Shown here in pieces: positions 41,400 to 54,603 of a DNA stretch of 64,000 bases. The stretch lies in contig NC_045138.2 of assembly GCF_008831285.2 (NCBI RefSeq), positions 38,006,001 to 38,070,000 on the forward strand, read 5' to 3'. Numbering within the stretch: the stretch's first letter is position 1; each line of letters begins with the position of its first letter. The translations under genes were made by a program, and so were the position numbers. Source of the DNA: Nymphaea colorata. Lineage: Eukaryota. The notes beneath the pieces are model-generated. The model made no database searches and had not been told where the DNA came from. It saw only the letters and a program-made list of their open reading frames with translations.

Positions 41400-44300
41400 G
41401 GCACGTTGGAGGGGTGGCTTCTCGACTCTGAGATGGTGCGACGTGGTGCAGCGGTGCAGTTGGAAGTGTGCGCATCTATGTCAACATTTGGCAGCACTAA
41501 GTGGCGGCGATGTGTGCGGAGAGGAAGAGGGGAGTGGTTCGTTCCGTATCAAATACATCACGGAAATCAGTGATGGCACAAACGGGAGTAATCCCTACAT
41601 TTTCAAAGAAAATTTAACGATAGGATGTGCTTTCGTTTTAAAAGCTAGAAAAGTGCTCTTGATTCGCTGTGTACAATTTGATGTATAACGATTCAGATTT
41701 TGATCAAATAAAAATTTGAATATTTTACAAGCACGTCATCAACTATGATGACTAAACACACTAAAGTTTGGAGATTTGTTACTTAACTGCCTTCTGTATA
41801 ATTAATACGAAGTACTTAAAAACGAATTGTTTTTGCCATTCTTTCTTCTGTTAGGTGCTCCTTCATAAAATTTCAAAAAATGGGTAAGAATCTACGTTCT
41901 GAAAGATGATAATCACAACAGTAAAGTTGGACTTTTTGAAAAAGACACGCGAATTTCACATCAATGCAACTACAGAAACATTATATAATCAAGTCAAGTG
42001 ATCCATCTGGAGGACAATAAAAAATATAGGAGGTTAACCGAATATTTTCAGTACCTCGATTTTGATTTACCAGTTTTTAGTGAATATTTGAAAGCATTTA
42101 CTAGAGAGCAAATTAGACGAATAACGACGAAAGACTGTCACAATTTATGGTGTCGCAATAGCAGTCACAGGTGGAGGAAATTACGACACTGATAATAGTC
42201 TTAATGGCGGCGATTGGTAATGACGGTGGCCATGAGAGGCGGTAGCATGGCAAAAAACGAATTTTACTAAACATTTCAAAAAAAGTGGTGCTATTAGTAG
42301 GTTCAGAAAAAAGTAATCTTTTCTACGGTACATTTTTTTGTTACCTTCACAAGAAGCTATTATCGTGGGTGGATTTTCGCCTTCTGAAGCTATTATCTTA
42401 TTCATAGTTCTTATTGATAATCAAAATTTTGACAAGGGTTGAAAAATAATTTTTAAATTTTTTTTATATAAGATGAATAAAGTTTTTAAAAATTTATATG
42501 TAAAATATTTTGAGGGAAACCATAGCCCCTACTGGCCCCTGACTCCGCCCTGCGTAATTCACCTGCCATAGCCATGATAGCAAGAAGTTTATATCGATGT
42601 ATGGTGAAAGAAGAAATAAAAGTAGGAACAAAACTTAAAAAAAGTTTCTAGATATTTAAGCTTCTCTTTGACTAATCGATCTGATCCTGAATGGCGTCCA
42701 TTCTTTTAGAATGGCAATCTTTACCCACTTTTTGAACATGATCTGGTCCTACTACGCGGGCAGGATGTTGGTTTTTTTTTTTTTTGTTAGGAGAAAATGA
42801 GGCAGTGGCCGAGATACATGGGGTCTGGTGTAGGCGGTGCATATCAAAAGTTTCATTGAAAAAATGGAAAATCATATCGCGATGCAGATGACTTACATCA
42901 AACCTATGTTGGTGACTCGAGCGCCCCTCCGCCAAAATATCTTGGCTCTACCATCGGTAGAAAGCAGAGTATAAGTTGCTATAGAAATCATAGGATATTT
43001 CTTCTGTTGAAACTCTAGTTACTGTGGTACCTAACAGAACCTTTTGAAGAAAAAAGCCTAGAACTTGTGCTGGTAGATGCTCCACTTATAGCAAAAGAAA
43101 AAGAAAAGGTTTTGATAAAGAATATATTACATTTATTTTCAATGGGCACGATTCGATTCTAGTTGATGTTCGGTCTGCGTCTTTTGACATGAAATCGATG
43201 GCCAATAAGTATGTCTTACTTATATTCTCAAAAGTAGGTAGCCTTTTATGAAAAGTTAATTTCTATTAAATCGCAGAAGAAACTACTTATTGTGTTAGAA
43301 ACATAGATGCCGGATTATCATGTCGTGACCATGAATGTATTCAGAGTAAGTGTAAAATTTTGAAGCAAACTCTCTTTGAGCCTTAAAACTTTCGCAAGGC
43401 AAGTACGGGAGAGGAGGCTCAGCCGCACAAGAAGCCGCAATAAGGGTCGAACCATGACTATTCACTTCCAAGAGTGGCTTTTCCTCAGTTGTGCTGAGCT
43501 CTCGGGTTTCCTTAGCGTCACCTCATTCAATAAAAAGCCACTAGTGCAATTACTAGTTAGCGAGAAGGACTTGTTGCGGGCTAGCATGAGGTTAATACTC
43601 CACACTGTCTAAAAAAGAAGCCCGACGGCTCCTCCATCCCTTTGTCTCTAAGGGTATGGGCAGCGTTGAAGTCTAGAAGAGATATGATACACCGATTAAA
43701 GAGTGTCACCATTTGCGGTCCAAGACCAATAGCAATCACAGGAATTCAACCGATGACATGCCTTAAATGCACCACTTACCCGACCAACCATGCTAGGGGA
43801 GCAAGCCAGACTTGTTAGATTGGATCCAAGTAACATGAAAACTGGATGGTTAGCTAGGTTGCACTATCATAACAAAAGTTCTTGGTTTGGAATTCTTTTA
43901 AACTTATCCTCCAATTTGGCTGTCACAAAAGAAAAATTAGATGTTTGGATGGGATTTGACTTGTGCTTTTTTGTTGGTCAGTTACATGTTTTAAAGCTAT
44001 GACTCCATTAAAAGTCAGTAGATTTATATACAACTTTAGTGCATTCCAAAGCGTGATCACTTGAACAAGTCATACTTTCATTGGGTTTGGTATGAACCAA
44101 GGCAATGACAAGGAAGCCGAGTTCCAGTTCAGAATCATGTAGATCATGTCATAAACTGGATGGGGTATAAAATAAAGTACAAATTCGTGCTTCTCAAAGC
44201 CACATGGTGGGTGGCTTGATTTCACAAACTCCGAGTTCTATAGTGATCAGATTGGTTCGTAGTGAATGCATATCACCCCATTATCAAGGCACCAACTGTG

Positions 44301-47300
44301 AGTATACATGGCCGACCTAGTTAATACAGCAACTTGTTGGGGGAGAAAGAGAGGGAGAGAGGGAGAGGAAGAGACTGTGTCCTTATGGGGAGCAGATACT
44401 ACCGGGTGCTCCACCAAGTTGTGGATCAAACTATTCGAATGGTATTTGTACACAAGGTCAACGGCCTGGCATGAAAATGCAACCAGGCTTTGGCCAACTC
44501 ATTGAACCGGCGGGAACAGTAAACCCACTAGATATTTGCTCAATATGACTAGAAAGCACAGGATGCTTGAAGCCCATAACATCACTGTGTCCTGTACTTA
44601 GCCAAAAACTGTCTGCATGCATTCTGGACATGCCCTTTTCTGGACTGTGGAATTTGATGTACATAAATTGATTTAAGAGCCCCAGGTCCTTCTTGCCAGC
44701 CATGATCATGGCAGGTGGATGGATGATGTGCCTGTTGAAGCTGTCTGCCTTTCTTGAAATGCCTTTTCTTTATTGTGAAATATGATGCACATCGATTTGA
44801 GAAGCATGGCCCTTCTTGGCAGCCATTACCATGGCTGTTGATCATGGATGATTTGAGTCTGCACTGATGGTGTTTGTGACTATTAGTGGTATCCAACGTC
44901 AGAGCAGTAATCGTCTTTAGCATGTTGGAAACACAGATTTGGATATTCCTCCCTACCATTAAAAGTTTATCTGGTTATGGATGTCCTACGCAGACGTATC
45001 AGATTGGTTGATCATTGCTTATCATGCACTAAGGAATACACTTGCCTGCTGAGTGGATTGACATTCTGCCTGCACATATGACGAAAAGATGTTTGATTTA
45101 TTGCATAATTTGCTTTAAGATCGCATACTAACTTTTATTTTCTTGGCGTTTCTGCAGATCCGCCTAATAGAAAAAGCACCAGGCGGAGATACCTTGGTCC
45201 CTGCAAAAGTGGTTTTCATTACTTGAAATCTGCATTTGGCGTTTAAATTCCTGCTTTACCTTTGATATGTTCACCTTTGATATGTTCTACGGCACGTGCT
45301 TTCTGCACCTCCTGCCCCACCAGCTAGGCTATGCCTCTCGGGGCTTGATGATCTAATGAATTGAAGTTGGTATTATAATCAACTCAAACTGTCAAACTGG
45401 GGATATTCCAATCAGAAATCTGCCGGGAGATAGGATCTCAGTATTTTATTACCAAAAAAATCTTATGTACATCAAAAAATAAAGGGATGCAGAGCATCAG
45501 ATCTTCACGAAAAGGAAAACAAGCAGTAACACTCCAACTGCTCAAGGACTTTGGCAAAAGAACCGATTGGAATTGCAGTTACAATACCCGAATTCATCGA
45601 CATCTTCAGTGAAATTAAGTAAATCAATCTCATACAAGGTGTCCTCTTCTCCATTGGAGATGAGCTTTCTACATATTTCTAGCATTGGTCTATCGTCTGA
45701 AATCTGTAGAAAAGGTGTCCACTCTGCAACTAAAGACAGCGCAGAGGCGGGCATTGTCGTCTGGCCTGGGGAAAAGAGATTGGATTTGAAAAAGGTGCCC
45801 ATTCAACCTTTTACCCCCCTTGTTATAAGTAAGTTCCATCGTCTTGATCGATGAAATGCACTGAATAATTTGAGATTTTAACCTAATGAAGGTTCGTGGT
45901 GATCAGTGTGATTGGCAAAAGGGAAAAGAGTATCATTCCCTTGTGCCTTTGGTGCATTTCGCATTGTTAAATAGAAGCACACCAATGAACCTGATCTCCA
46001 CTTCGTAAATTATTCTCTTAAAAGGAGCAAACATATCAGGTGCGGTTGTTAGGCCATGCCTTCCCAAATATGCCTTCTATGTTTGCCTCCCAGCCTTCTA
46101 AGTTGTTCTTTTTTAAAATATAACCATGGAGATGGATGCAAAATACATGAATAAAAATGCATGAAAATCAGATGTCTTGACAAACTCTATGAGGCAGTTA
46201 ATTTTTAAAATGCTGTAAAATCTAATTTACGTATCTGATTTTTATGTTCTTTCTAATCTTACAAATTCTAACATTAATTTTCATCCATCCGCATAATTAG
46301 GTTGGTGAAAGCACTACTTAAACGGTTGCGCCATAAGGCACTCGAACAGGCCAAGATAAAAGTGAGAGAAGTTAAAAGTGAGAGAAGTGACTACATATAT
46401 TACATCTCTTAACATTGCTTTTGTTAGGCTTCTTTAAATGTGCTTATATTTACTCATAAAAATCAACCTATTTATTTAGTAGGGGAGATACTAGTAAGAG
46501 ACCCAAGCCTCTTCACCTTTCCTTCGTGCCTCCAAGATGCAAGGCTACTTTGGAACATTGGTGGTGAGTGGTACGCATTTCAATTAAAGTGTCACATATC
46601 CTTTATTTGTAGCCAGAGGAGTGGTACAACTGAACTTCTATCGGCTCCCACCTATACTATGCCGTTCCGGACAATTAACCTATTTAATAGGGAACACGCA
46701 ACCTTTTGGCTGTTTTTAAAGCATACTTCATAGCAATTATCAGGCTAAAAACAAAGTGGGGACATCCAAGACCTGGGACAACACCATGCCAAGCCCAAGA
46801 TAAAGACTGGTGAATTCCCTTTGCTTATGAATTGCTACCAGTACGAGCTCCTAATCAGCATTGTGTCATCAAATGCTGCTGAAGAAGCTTATACCAACAT
46901 CAGTTCAACTTTTTAAGTGAGAGAATATACTAAAAATATCAGCAGATATTCTTCTCAGAGTGGGGAGCACAGATCTCTCCACTATGATTCTAGAAAAGAA
47001 ATTCGCTACTAAAATAATCTCACGGATGCTGGGAGGCGGTCTAACTCCCCAAGTATGCTCTTATTCTTCTAGACACTCATAAATCGTTTTCACCAATTCA
47101 ACTCCCCAGATGCATGATCTCTGCACTACCAGTTAGGAGAGAGCATATTCCCTGCGATTCTGCGATGTCGTGGGAGACCGACCAAGTGAAGTCGGGAAAA
47201 GTGTGATGCTGAACCAGAAAGGTTGTGCTGCTTTTACTGCGTTTTCTGTAAAAAGTTGAGAGGATTTCCGTATGCTTCTCAAAATCTACCTTTGATTTTG

Positions 47301-48443
47301 TGCACGATTCGGTGCATTTCCTTCTTTCTTTCTGTTGTTAATTCCCTTGTGGGGAGACCAGCTGCGAACATTGTCTGAAGTTATGAAAGGTGCCATTCGG
47401 TTCTACGTAGTTGGGGACACTTAATGCTGCTCTGATTGGTTGCTTGAGGATCTTTGAGTCTCAGCAGCAAACAGAAGCAGGAAAGTCAGAGAAAGAATGA
47501 GAATGTTCCAGAATAGCGAGATGTGATTGGATGTCCACCGAACGGTGGAGGTGTTCCTTTCTTCGGCTGCGGCTGTACAGGACTTTAGTAGGTGTTTGAT
47601 ACGCTTGGTTGGAGTGCAAGCGAGAATCTCCCTAAGATGGTATGTCTAGGACAAAGTGTCAACATGTCTCACTTTTCTGTTTCTGTTTGAACTATGAACA
47701 GATTTTACGCAGAGAAAAGGAAATTTTTGGCCATGAAGTCTTTTGTTGCGGAAAACAACTACATGGCTTGTGCATGAGAATGGTTTAAACGAACATATTT
47801 TATCTACTAGATCAATCGTATGATTATATTACAATATTCAGTTAAGCAATGCAAAACATATTTGTGTGACTGTTTAAAATAAGAAATAAATGTTGTCACG
47901 TTAAAAATAACTTAAAGTGTAAGTTGAGACAAAAACTCTGGTGGCCCTTCTAGGGTAGTTATTTTTTTTCCTGGGGAGTCAATGGATTTGAGTCGGATAG
48001 AATATCCAGTCAAACTACTTAAAAAAAGTCGGATATGGAGAAACAATTTTACATTTAAAAGGAAATCTTTTGGTTCTGAATTTGGTTTTGAATAAATTTC
48101 CAAGCGGATTAAGATCCAGATTTAGTTTCAGATAAATATTCTATACATATCTAATATCCATAAATATTGGAAGATGGTTCTCAACATATCGTTGGATGCG
48201 GTTGTATACTTAAAAGTCCGATTCGGATGTGAACATAAAAGTCTGATTCATATTCAAATTGTAAATTTAAAAACATGTCTCAAATATAGAATGGACTTCT
48301 TTCATATTCAAATCTGAATATATGAACTTCCGTTAAATCAGATATTTAAAGGTACATCCGGTTCCATGAGAATCCATTCTTTTGAATCCCTACTTTCAAG
48401 GTGACAATAACAAACATATCACACACATATACGTACAGAGTGA
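41400..48443 (+). repeat. Block A, copy 3 (with private insertions at about 41553-42140 and 43297-43854)
   Basis: Colinear with 20860-27060 from GAGATGGTGCGACGTGGTGC through to the hAT MITE and the CA repeat. Confidence 0.92.
44370..45854 (+). pseudogene. Decayed LRR / C-terminal region of an NLR (TNL-like) gene, block-A copy 3
   Basis: SQKLSACILDMPFSGLWNLMYIN*, GWMMCLLKLSAFLEMPFLYCE and NMMHIDLRSMALL. IRNLPGDRISVF is in frame, across one stop, with ORF 45567-45854. Confidence 0.5.
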
Positions 48444-48513
48444 GGTTGGCATTTTCTTGTTGCAATAAAAGTAATAAGGAAACCTTTTCTTCTTGCTTGC
48501 AACAAGAGAAGGT

Positions 48514-48738
48514 TGGCATTTGAGTCTCTTTTCAGAGCGGTGGGTTGGAACATCATATATTAATAGTTGGTCTTCGAATTCGGGATTGAACGGTTTCTAG
48601 TGTATATAGTTTGCAAGTCTTAATAAGGAAACCTTTTCTTGGTGCAAGCAACAAGAAAAGGTTTCCTTATTAATTCGAAGACCAACTATTCATATATGAT
48701 GTTCCAACCCACCGCTCCGAAAAGAGACTCAAATGCCA
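48514..48738. repeat. Nested hairpin: outer arms 48514-48570 / 48672-48738, inner hairpin 48621-48672
   Basis: TGGCATTTGAGTCTCTTTTCAGAGCGGTGGGTTGGAACATCATATA pairs with TATATGATGTTCCAACCCACCGCTCCGAAAAGAGACTCAAATGCCA. TAATAAGGAAACCTTTTCTTG pairs with CAAGAAAAGGTTTCCTTATTA. Confidence 0.9.
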
Positions 48739-50945
48739 CCCCTCCCCCTAACAGATGCACACACACACATTAGTCCCGAGCCTCCAAGGTCCTGATCGGG
48801 AACCTGGGTTGGGTATGGTACACCTTTCAAGGGATGTAACGGTTCTAGGGAAGTAGCACCCATGGGAATAGAACTGATGACATGCCTTCGGTGCCTGCTC
48901 AATCAGTTATGCTACGCCCCTTGAGACATGAATATATGATGATCATGTTCTGCTGTAACACATGCGACTAACCAAACTTTAGAATGCAAAATCAAGGGAA
49001 TAAAGGCCACGTGATGATTTTTCCGCCATTGGAGAGACTCCACACAAACTTTTTCTTGTTTCTCTCCCTCTCTTCAATGAGGATCATACTGTGCTAGGTG
49101 TGCGCTTTATACATGCACCAAGCCAATGGCAGCTAACTTAGTGAAGTCAAACTGGAAACCAGACATAAGTCATGCACATATCCAAGTGGGTACCCACAAA
49201 CCAACACACATTCAGTGATGTGGATGCCACATGTTGCCCTGTCAGACCCAATTCTTGAGTATCAATAAACTGCTGGGCGAGCCCCACTGAAGTGCACATT
49301 CAAAAGGAACACTACAAAATAAACAAACACCATGGAAGGTCCAATCTGCAGGAAAGCAGAAGAAAGTGGAAGCCATCATGTAAAGAGCACTATGAAGGGC
49401 ATAGAATTTTTTGCCTTCACATGCAATTTTAGTCTTTTCCTTCTTCTTTTGATGTTTATTTTCTTCTTTTTGACAAACTCTGGGGAGAGTTATCCTAAGG
49501 GATGGTTGGACTGCCTTGTGCTTTTGGTTGTTGTGTGTGGTGGAGATGGACCATTGATTGCTTTTTGGGTGCTTGTAGGGTTTACTTTCCCTCTCAGTTT
49601 TTTTGCCTGGGGGTTTCATAGGGTGAAGAGTGCTGTTACTGTTGCTTAGAATAATAAACCAACTAGTGGAATTGGAAGTGAGTGGGACTTCCATTACCAT
49701 AATGAAGAGTAATTAGCATCAATACCATGGGGCCAAAAATTTTAAAATAATAATAAAGGGAAAGTGAGGAAAGTGCTTGCTACAGCATGTTCGTTGTCCG
49801 GACACTTGTCGGTTTGTTATTGGCATGTCGGGGTCTCCAAGATTAATAATAGTACAAATAGCATTTTAGCAAGATTTGACATGGGGAACCTGGTGCTCAG
49901 TTAAATTGTTTAATGACTTTGAATGGATTCTTCTTCTTTTTCTTTCTTTTTTTTTTTTTCTAAAAAGATATTATCAATGGTGCACTTGGGAGGTCTGGAA
50001 GTGCATGATAATCACTTATCCTCATTGCTATTGTTGCGTTTTGGTTATGAATCTAGTGACTCTTGACTTTTGTTAGCGGGATCCCGACTCTGGTCTTCTT
50101 AATTATCATTTTTGAGAGAGAGAGATTTGGCTCGATGGGGCACAAGCTAGTTGTTTTTCAATGTGCTTGGTATGTTCGTGGAAGATAGGATTAGCTGCAA
50201 GGTGAATCGCTGTTTGATTATCACAAAATACATATGCAGGACCTGCATGGTTTATCTTCAATTCTGTCAATAGGTCTGCATGGGCCCTGGCTCCACCTCA
50301 AGTTTTTTTTTTCAAATAAAAAAATTCATGTAAATTTTAGAAAATTTTACTTGTCTGATTTTTACCTTGTAAAATGCATGGTTATTCATTTTGATTCAGG
50401 ACAATCTGGGTCGCCTTAGATATGAAGTCTAAGACAATCTATATACATTCATAGAAAAATGTGACATTGATTTGGTTTGGCGAAGGCTTATCCCCTTTGG
50501 TTGAACTTAAGTCAGTGGTGGCTCTGTGTACTTTACAAGCCAACCTGAAGAACCAACATCTGGTCCTTGCTCAATCTTCATCGATTGAAACCTTTCTAAA
50601 AGAAACATTTTAAAAATTGGGAGTGGGCATATCATGCCTGCTAGGAGTTGGGGCTCTACATATGTATAGGATATGATCGCTGAGTTTTTGATCTTATCCA
50701 AATGAACATTGAGAATTTACTATCGATCAGTTCAAGTGGAAAACTTTTTTGATCCTACAATATAGAAACAGCTAAAATGTTATGAAACCGTGTTGATAAA
50801 TCTAAACTGGCTATTTCTCAATCGTCCAACAGTTCTCCTTGAAAACTATGTAAGTGGAAAGTGATTTAAAGAAATTGTAGAAAAAAATACAATGCAACTA
50901 AGATACACAAGATACACCATTAAATTTTCTAGATGCATTATTTTG

Positions 50946-51790
50946 TAGTATCATATGATTGCTGGTCTTAGGTCGTGACTCGCCATCTATGGACGAACCT
51001 TGCAGAGGAACCCTTAGGTTTTCGGGGTATTGAATTCTCATCGAGATCTTGGACTAAACTGTTTGTCGGAAACCCGACATTAGATTGTCTATGACCCATG
51101 AACTAATAGAGAATGATTGTGGCCATAAGAACTTTTGATCAAGGTCTATAAGAAACCCTTAATCAATGTTGTCAGTGTACTCCCATCAGTGTGCGTAAGG
51201 TTGAAGCTAGCCAATATATACTAATTATAAAAGATGCAAGTGCTCTTACTTCTTACCAAGAGCACCAAATTCCATAAGAATTCCCGTTTTGAGGGAATCT
51301 AATACTTCCAATTAGAGATTAAAGGAGAATAAAAAGGAATTAAATTAACTCTGCTTCAGCTTGTACAAGAGGTTGACACTTTTTCCCACATGAACCAATC
51401 ACGACTGCCAAGTTGAAGCAGTACATGCCAAGCTGAAGCAGAGTTAATTTAATTTCTTCTTATTATCTTTTAATCTCTAATTGGAGGTATTAGGTTCCCT
51501 CAAATCACTTGTGGAAGTTGGTGCTCTTGGAAAGAAGTAAGAACAGTTGCATTCTCATGGGAGTACACTGATAACATTGATTAAGGGTCTCTTATAGACC
51601 TTGATCAAAAGTTCTTAAGGCCACAGACATTCTCTATTAGTTCAATAGACAATCTAATGCCGGATTCCAAACAAACAGTTTAGACCAAGATCTCGACGAG
51701 AATTCCATACCCCGAAAACCTAAGGGTTCCTCTGCAAGGTTCATCCATAGATGGTGAGTCGCGGCCTAAGATCAGCAATCATAGATACTA
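50946..51790. repeat. Long hairpin-type inverted repeat: arms 50946-51363 and 51429-51790, loop about 65 nt
   Basis: GAACCTTGCAGAGGAACCCTTAGGTTTTCGGGGTAT pairs with ATACCCCGAAAACCTAAGGGTTCCTCTGCAAGGTTC. Complementarity continues to TTAACTCTGCTTCAGCTTG/CAAGCTGAAGCAGAGTTAA at the loop. Confidence 0.95.
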
Positions 51791-52323
51791 TAAGTATCGG
51801 GTCCCATGCGAATGATTTTGAGTCTCTTTCTCAGCTCGGATCCACATCGGGCGAAGGCCCAGGTTGGATAAGCCTTGGCTCTTCACTGATAGAGGATGGG
51901 TCTAGTTTGGATCTCCCTCCTATACGTCATTCGATGTTCCCATTTTGGATCTGTTGTAATCAGTTTGGTGGTGTAAGCACCCCCACAAAAGTATCTGAGG
52001 AAGGAACTATGTCAATAGAGTGTGGGGGTGCCGGTGGTGGAGCGGTACATCCTAAAAAATTTAGGTACGGTGAAGGTATTTTACTATTATTATTATTATT
52101 TTAATTTACATATATATATTATTATTATAATTTAGATATTAATGTATATAACATACTTAAATAATTATATTGCATAAAAAAATATCAGAACAACATATAT
52201 TATATAAATAATTTAGTAATATGACATTATAACTGGGCTCGGGTGACAGTCGGAGTTACACCCGACTTGATGCAACCCGGATGCACCAGTAAAATAGAAG
52301 AGTCCAGTGACTTAGTGACTTAG

Positions 52324-54603
52324 GAAGGAAGCTCTGGCTTGGATTCTTCCGTTCTCTCTGTCTAGCTTTCTTGTTTTTCCTTCCCCACGTTCCCCGCTCG
52401 ACGATGTGCAGCTACTAGCTGGGATCTCTAGAGAAAGGCAGAAGGGGAAGGAGAAGGCAGAAGGGGAAGGAGAAGGCAGAAGGGGAAGGGAAGGAGCAGA
52501 GAAAAGAAAAGAAGGAACGAAACTTTAGGGAAGGTAGAGGACGATATTCAGAAAAGTCCGGCCTTCCCCAAACCCCACAGATCAAGCCATTCCCTTACCC
52601 GCCACAACATCGCACGACTCCGCCACCAACCCAAGATGAATTCTAGCCACCACCTTCCTTCGTTCTTCGTCTTCTCGACTTTTTCCCTTAGACTTTCGGT
52701 TGACTGATTTACGTCCTGTTTGATTGGAAGGAAATGAAGAAAAATGGAAGGAAACAATAATCAATCGTTTGGTTCTTTTTTTATTGAAACAAAAAATCAA
52801 ATTAAAAAAAAAATTATTTGATTGATAAATTTTTGAATGATAAACTATTAAAAATTCTCTCATTTCCTCTTTTTTTATTCCTTCTTTTTCATTTCATTCA
52901 TTTGTCATTCCTTTCCTTTTCCATATCTTTCATTTCCATCATTGTCTTTTCCTCCATCCAAACAATGGATTTAGATCTGAATCCAAATTTAAACTGACCC
53001 GATAACGGCAAAAGGTCAAGGAAGACTCACTTTTGCCAGCCTTTCTCATGGTTGACGTCAACTGCTGTTAACTCCCCTCAGCTTTTGCTCTTGGAGCTAA
53101 TTCATTAAATTCTTTTCCTAGTTCTTCTCATCATTCCCATAGGACTTGAGAAATTGTAAATAACTACAAAAAGAAAAAAATATGTTCCACTACCAATAGC
53201 TAGCTGAAAAAGCATATTCCCTTTCTATGCTACAAAATCTTTAAGAAAAAATAGAAAAAAAGATCGTTTTCTTATAAATTCCCCATGAATCATCTAAACT
53301 CCACTGGATTGCCATCCGTCTTGATGCTTGCCCGCTCATCGCTCGACCCAATTGTGAGATTGGGTTCAGGCAAGGTGGGTCTGTTAGGTTTGTGTCGAAA
53401 AGACATACTTTTCAGCTGGGCTTGGACCCACTTAAAGTAGGTCCAGTGCCTTATCCACTTGAGCAGGCAACCCAAGATCCAGATCCATGAAAATCTGAAA
53501 TCCAGACTAAGATTGGATTAGACAACAAAGATTCGCAACTTTATGACAGTCCAGGAAGATCAATCAGCACCAATTGTAGAGGCTGGGCTCTTCTCGTATT
53601 CGATCTTCATTAGGATCATCTAATGGGAATATGGAGCTACCGAGTCCTCATGGTCCAAAGCTGGTTTAAAATTTGATTCCCTTCTGCTAAGGGGATTCGT
53701 AATTGTGTATCCAGATTGTTTATTTAGATTTTTTCTTTCATGCTTCATTAAATCCAATCACATTTAGAAAAACCCATGTTCATTAAAAAAAAAATGAAAA
53801 TTTTAGTTTAGTTTATATAAAAATTTTGAAAAATAATATTTGGGTTCTAGTTAAAATTTGAAACTATAATTCTATCTCTGTAATAAAAAATTGTTACATA
53901 TTTAAGTTAAAAGAATGCCGTAGCAGCCTGAGCCGTTCAGCTTTCAAGTGATATTCTGAGTCAGCATTGTCTCACTACACTTGCAAATGGATCCAAATCC
54001 AATACAGCAAAACGCATTAAAGATCAAATCCAAATCAGGCGCACCAGCCTGTAAATAACTGAAAAGCACAGGGCCAGTGTCGTCATTATAAAGGCTTTTA
54101 TTCCTCGGAAGAGGGAGACGGGGATCGCCTGGTGGCACCGCAGGAATCTACTGTGAGTTGCAGTGTTTATATTAACGCGCCCACAGTCAGCCGATACTTT
54201 TGTGGAGGGAGGGGCGCTTTCTTCCTCTTCATCATCGCCGTCTGTCCCAGCTCTCTGCATCTTTCTTTCTTTTCTGAAAAGGGAAAAAGTCGAGAAGACG
54301 AAGGACGAAGGAAGGCGGTCGCAAGAATTCATCTCGGGTTGGTGGCTGAGTCGTGCGATGTTGTGGCGGGTAAGGGAATGGCTTGATCTGTGGGGTTTGG
54401 GGAAGGCCGGACTTTTCTGAGTATCGTCCTCTACCTTCCCTAAATTTTCGTTCCTTCTTCTTCTCTGCCCCTTCCCTTCCCCTTCTGCCTTTCTCTGGAG
54501 ATCCTACCTAGTAGCTACACGATCGTCGAGCGCGGAACGTGGGAAAGGAAAAACAAGAAAGCTAGACACGAAGAACGAAAGAATCCAAGCCAGAGCTTCC
54601 TTC
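52324..54603. repeat. Inverted repeat of the PHO2 proximal promoter / 5' leader: arms 52324-52689 and 54279-54603
   Basis: Mirror ORFs 52548- and 54163+ (RAMLWRVREWLDLWGLGKAGLF); the spacer is about 1.6 kb. Confidence 0.92.

Noticed and set aside
49190..49315. Partial resemblances to miR399 (TGCCA-CAT-GTTGCCCTG, 49226-49241) and miR395 (CTGAAGTG...GGAAC, about 49287-49310)
   Set aside because: Both need multi-base indels in the core. There is no convincing precursor stem or canonical 3-nt-bulge mimic, so chance is a sufficient explanation.
49242..49700. 152-aa and 105-aa overlapping ORFs
   Set aside because: Low-complexity translations with no family motif or supporting splice structure.
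53212..53219. P1BS-like motif GCATATTC upstream of PHO2
   Set aside because: This degenerate 8-mer recurs elsewhere in the window (e.g. in block A and the PHO2 CDS), so a single copy is not evidence.
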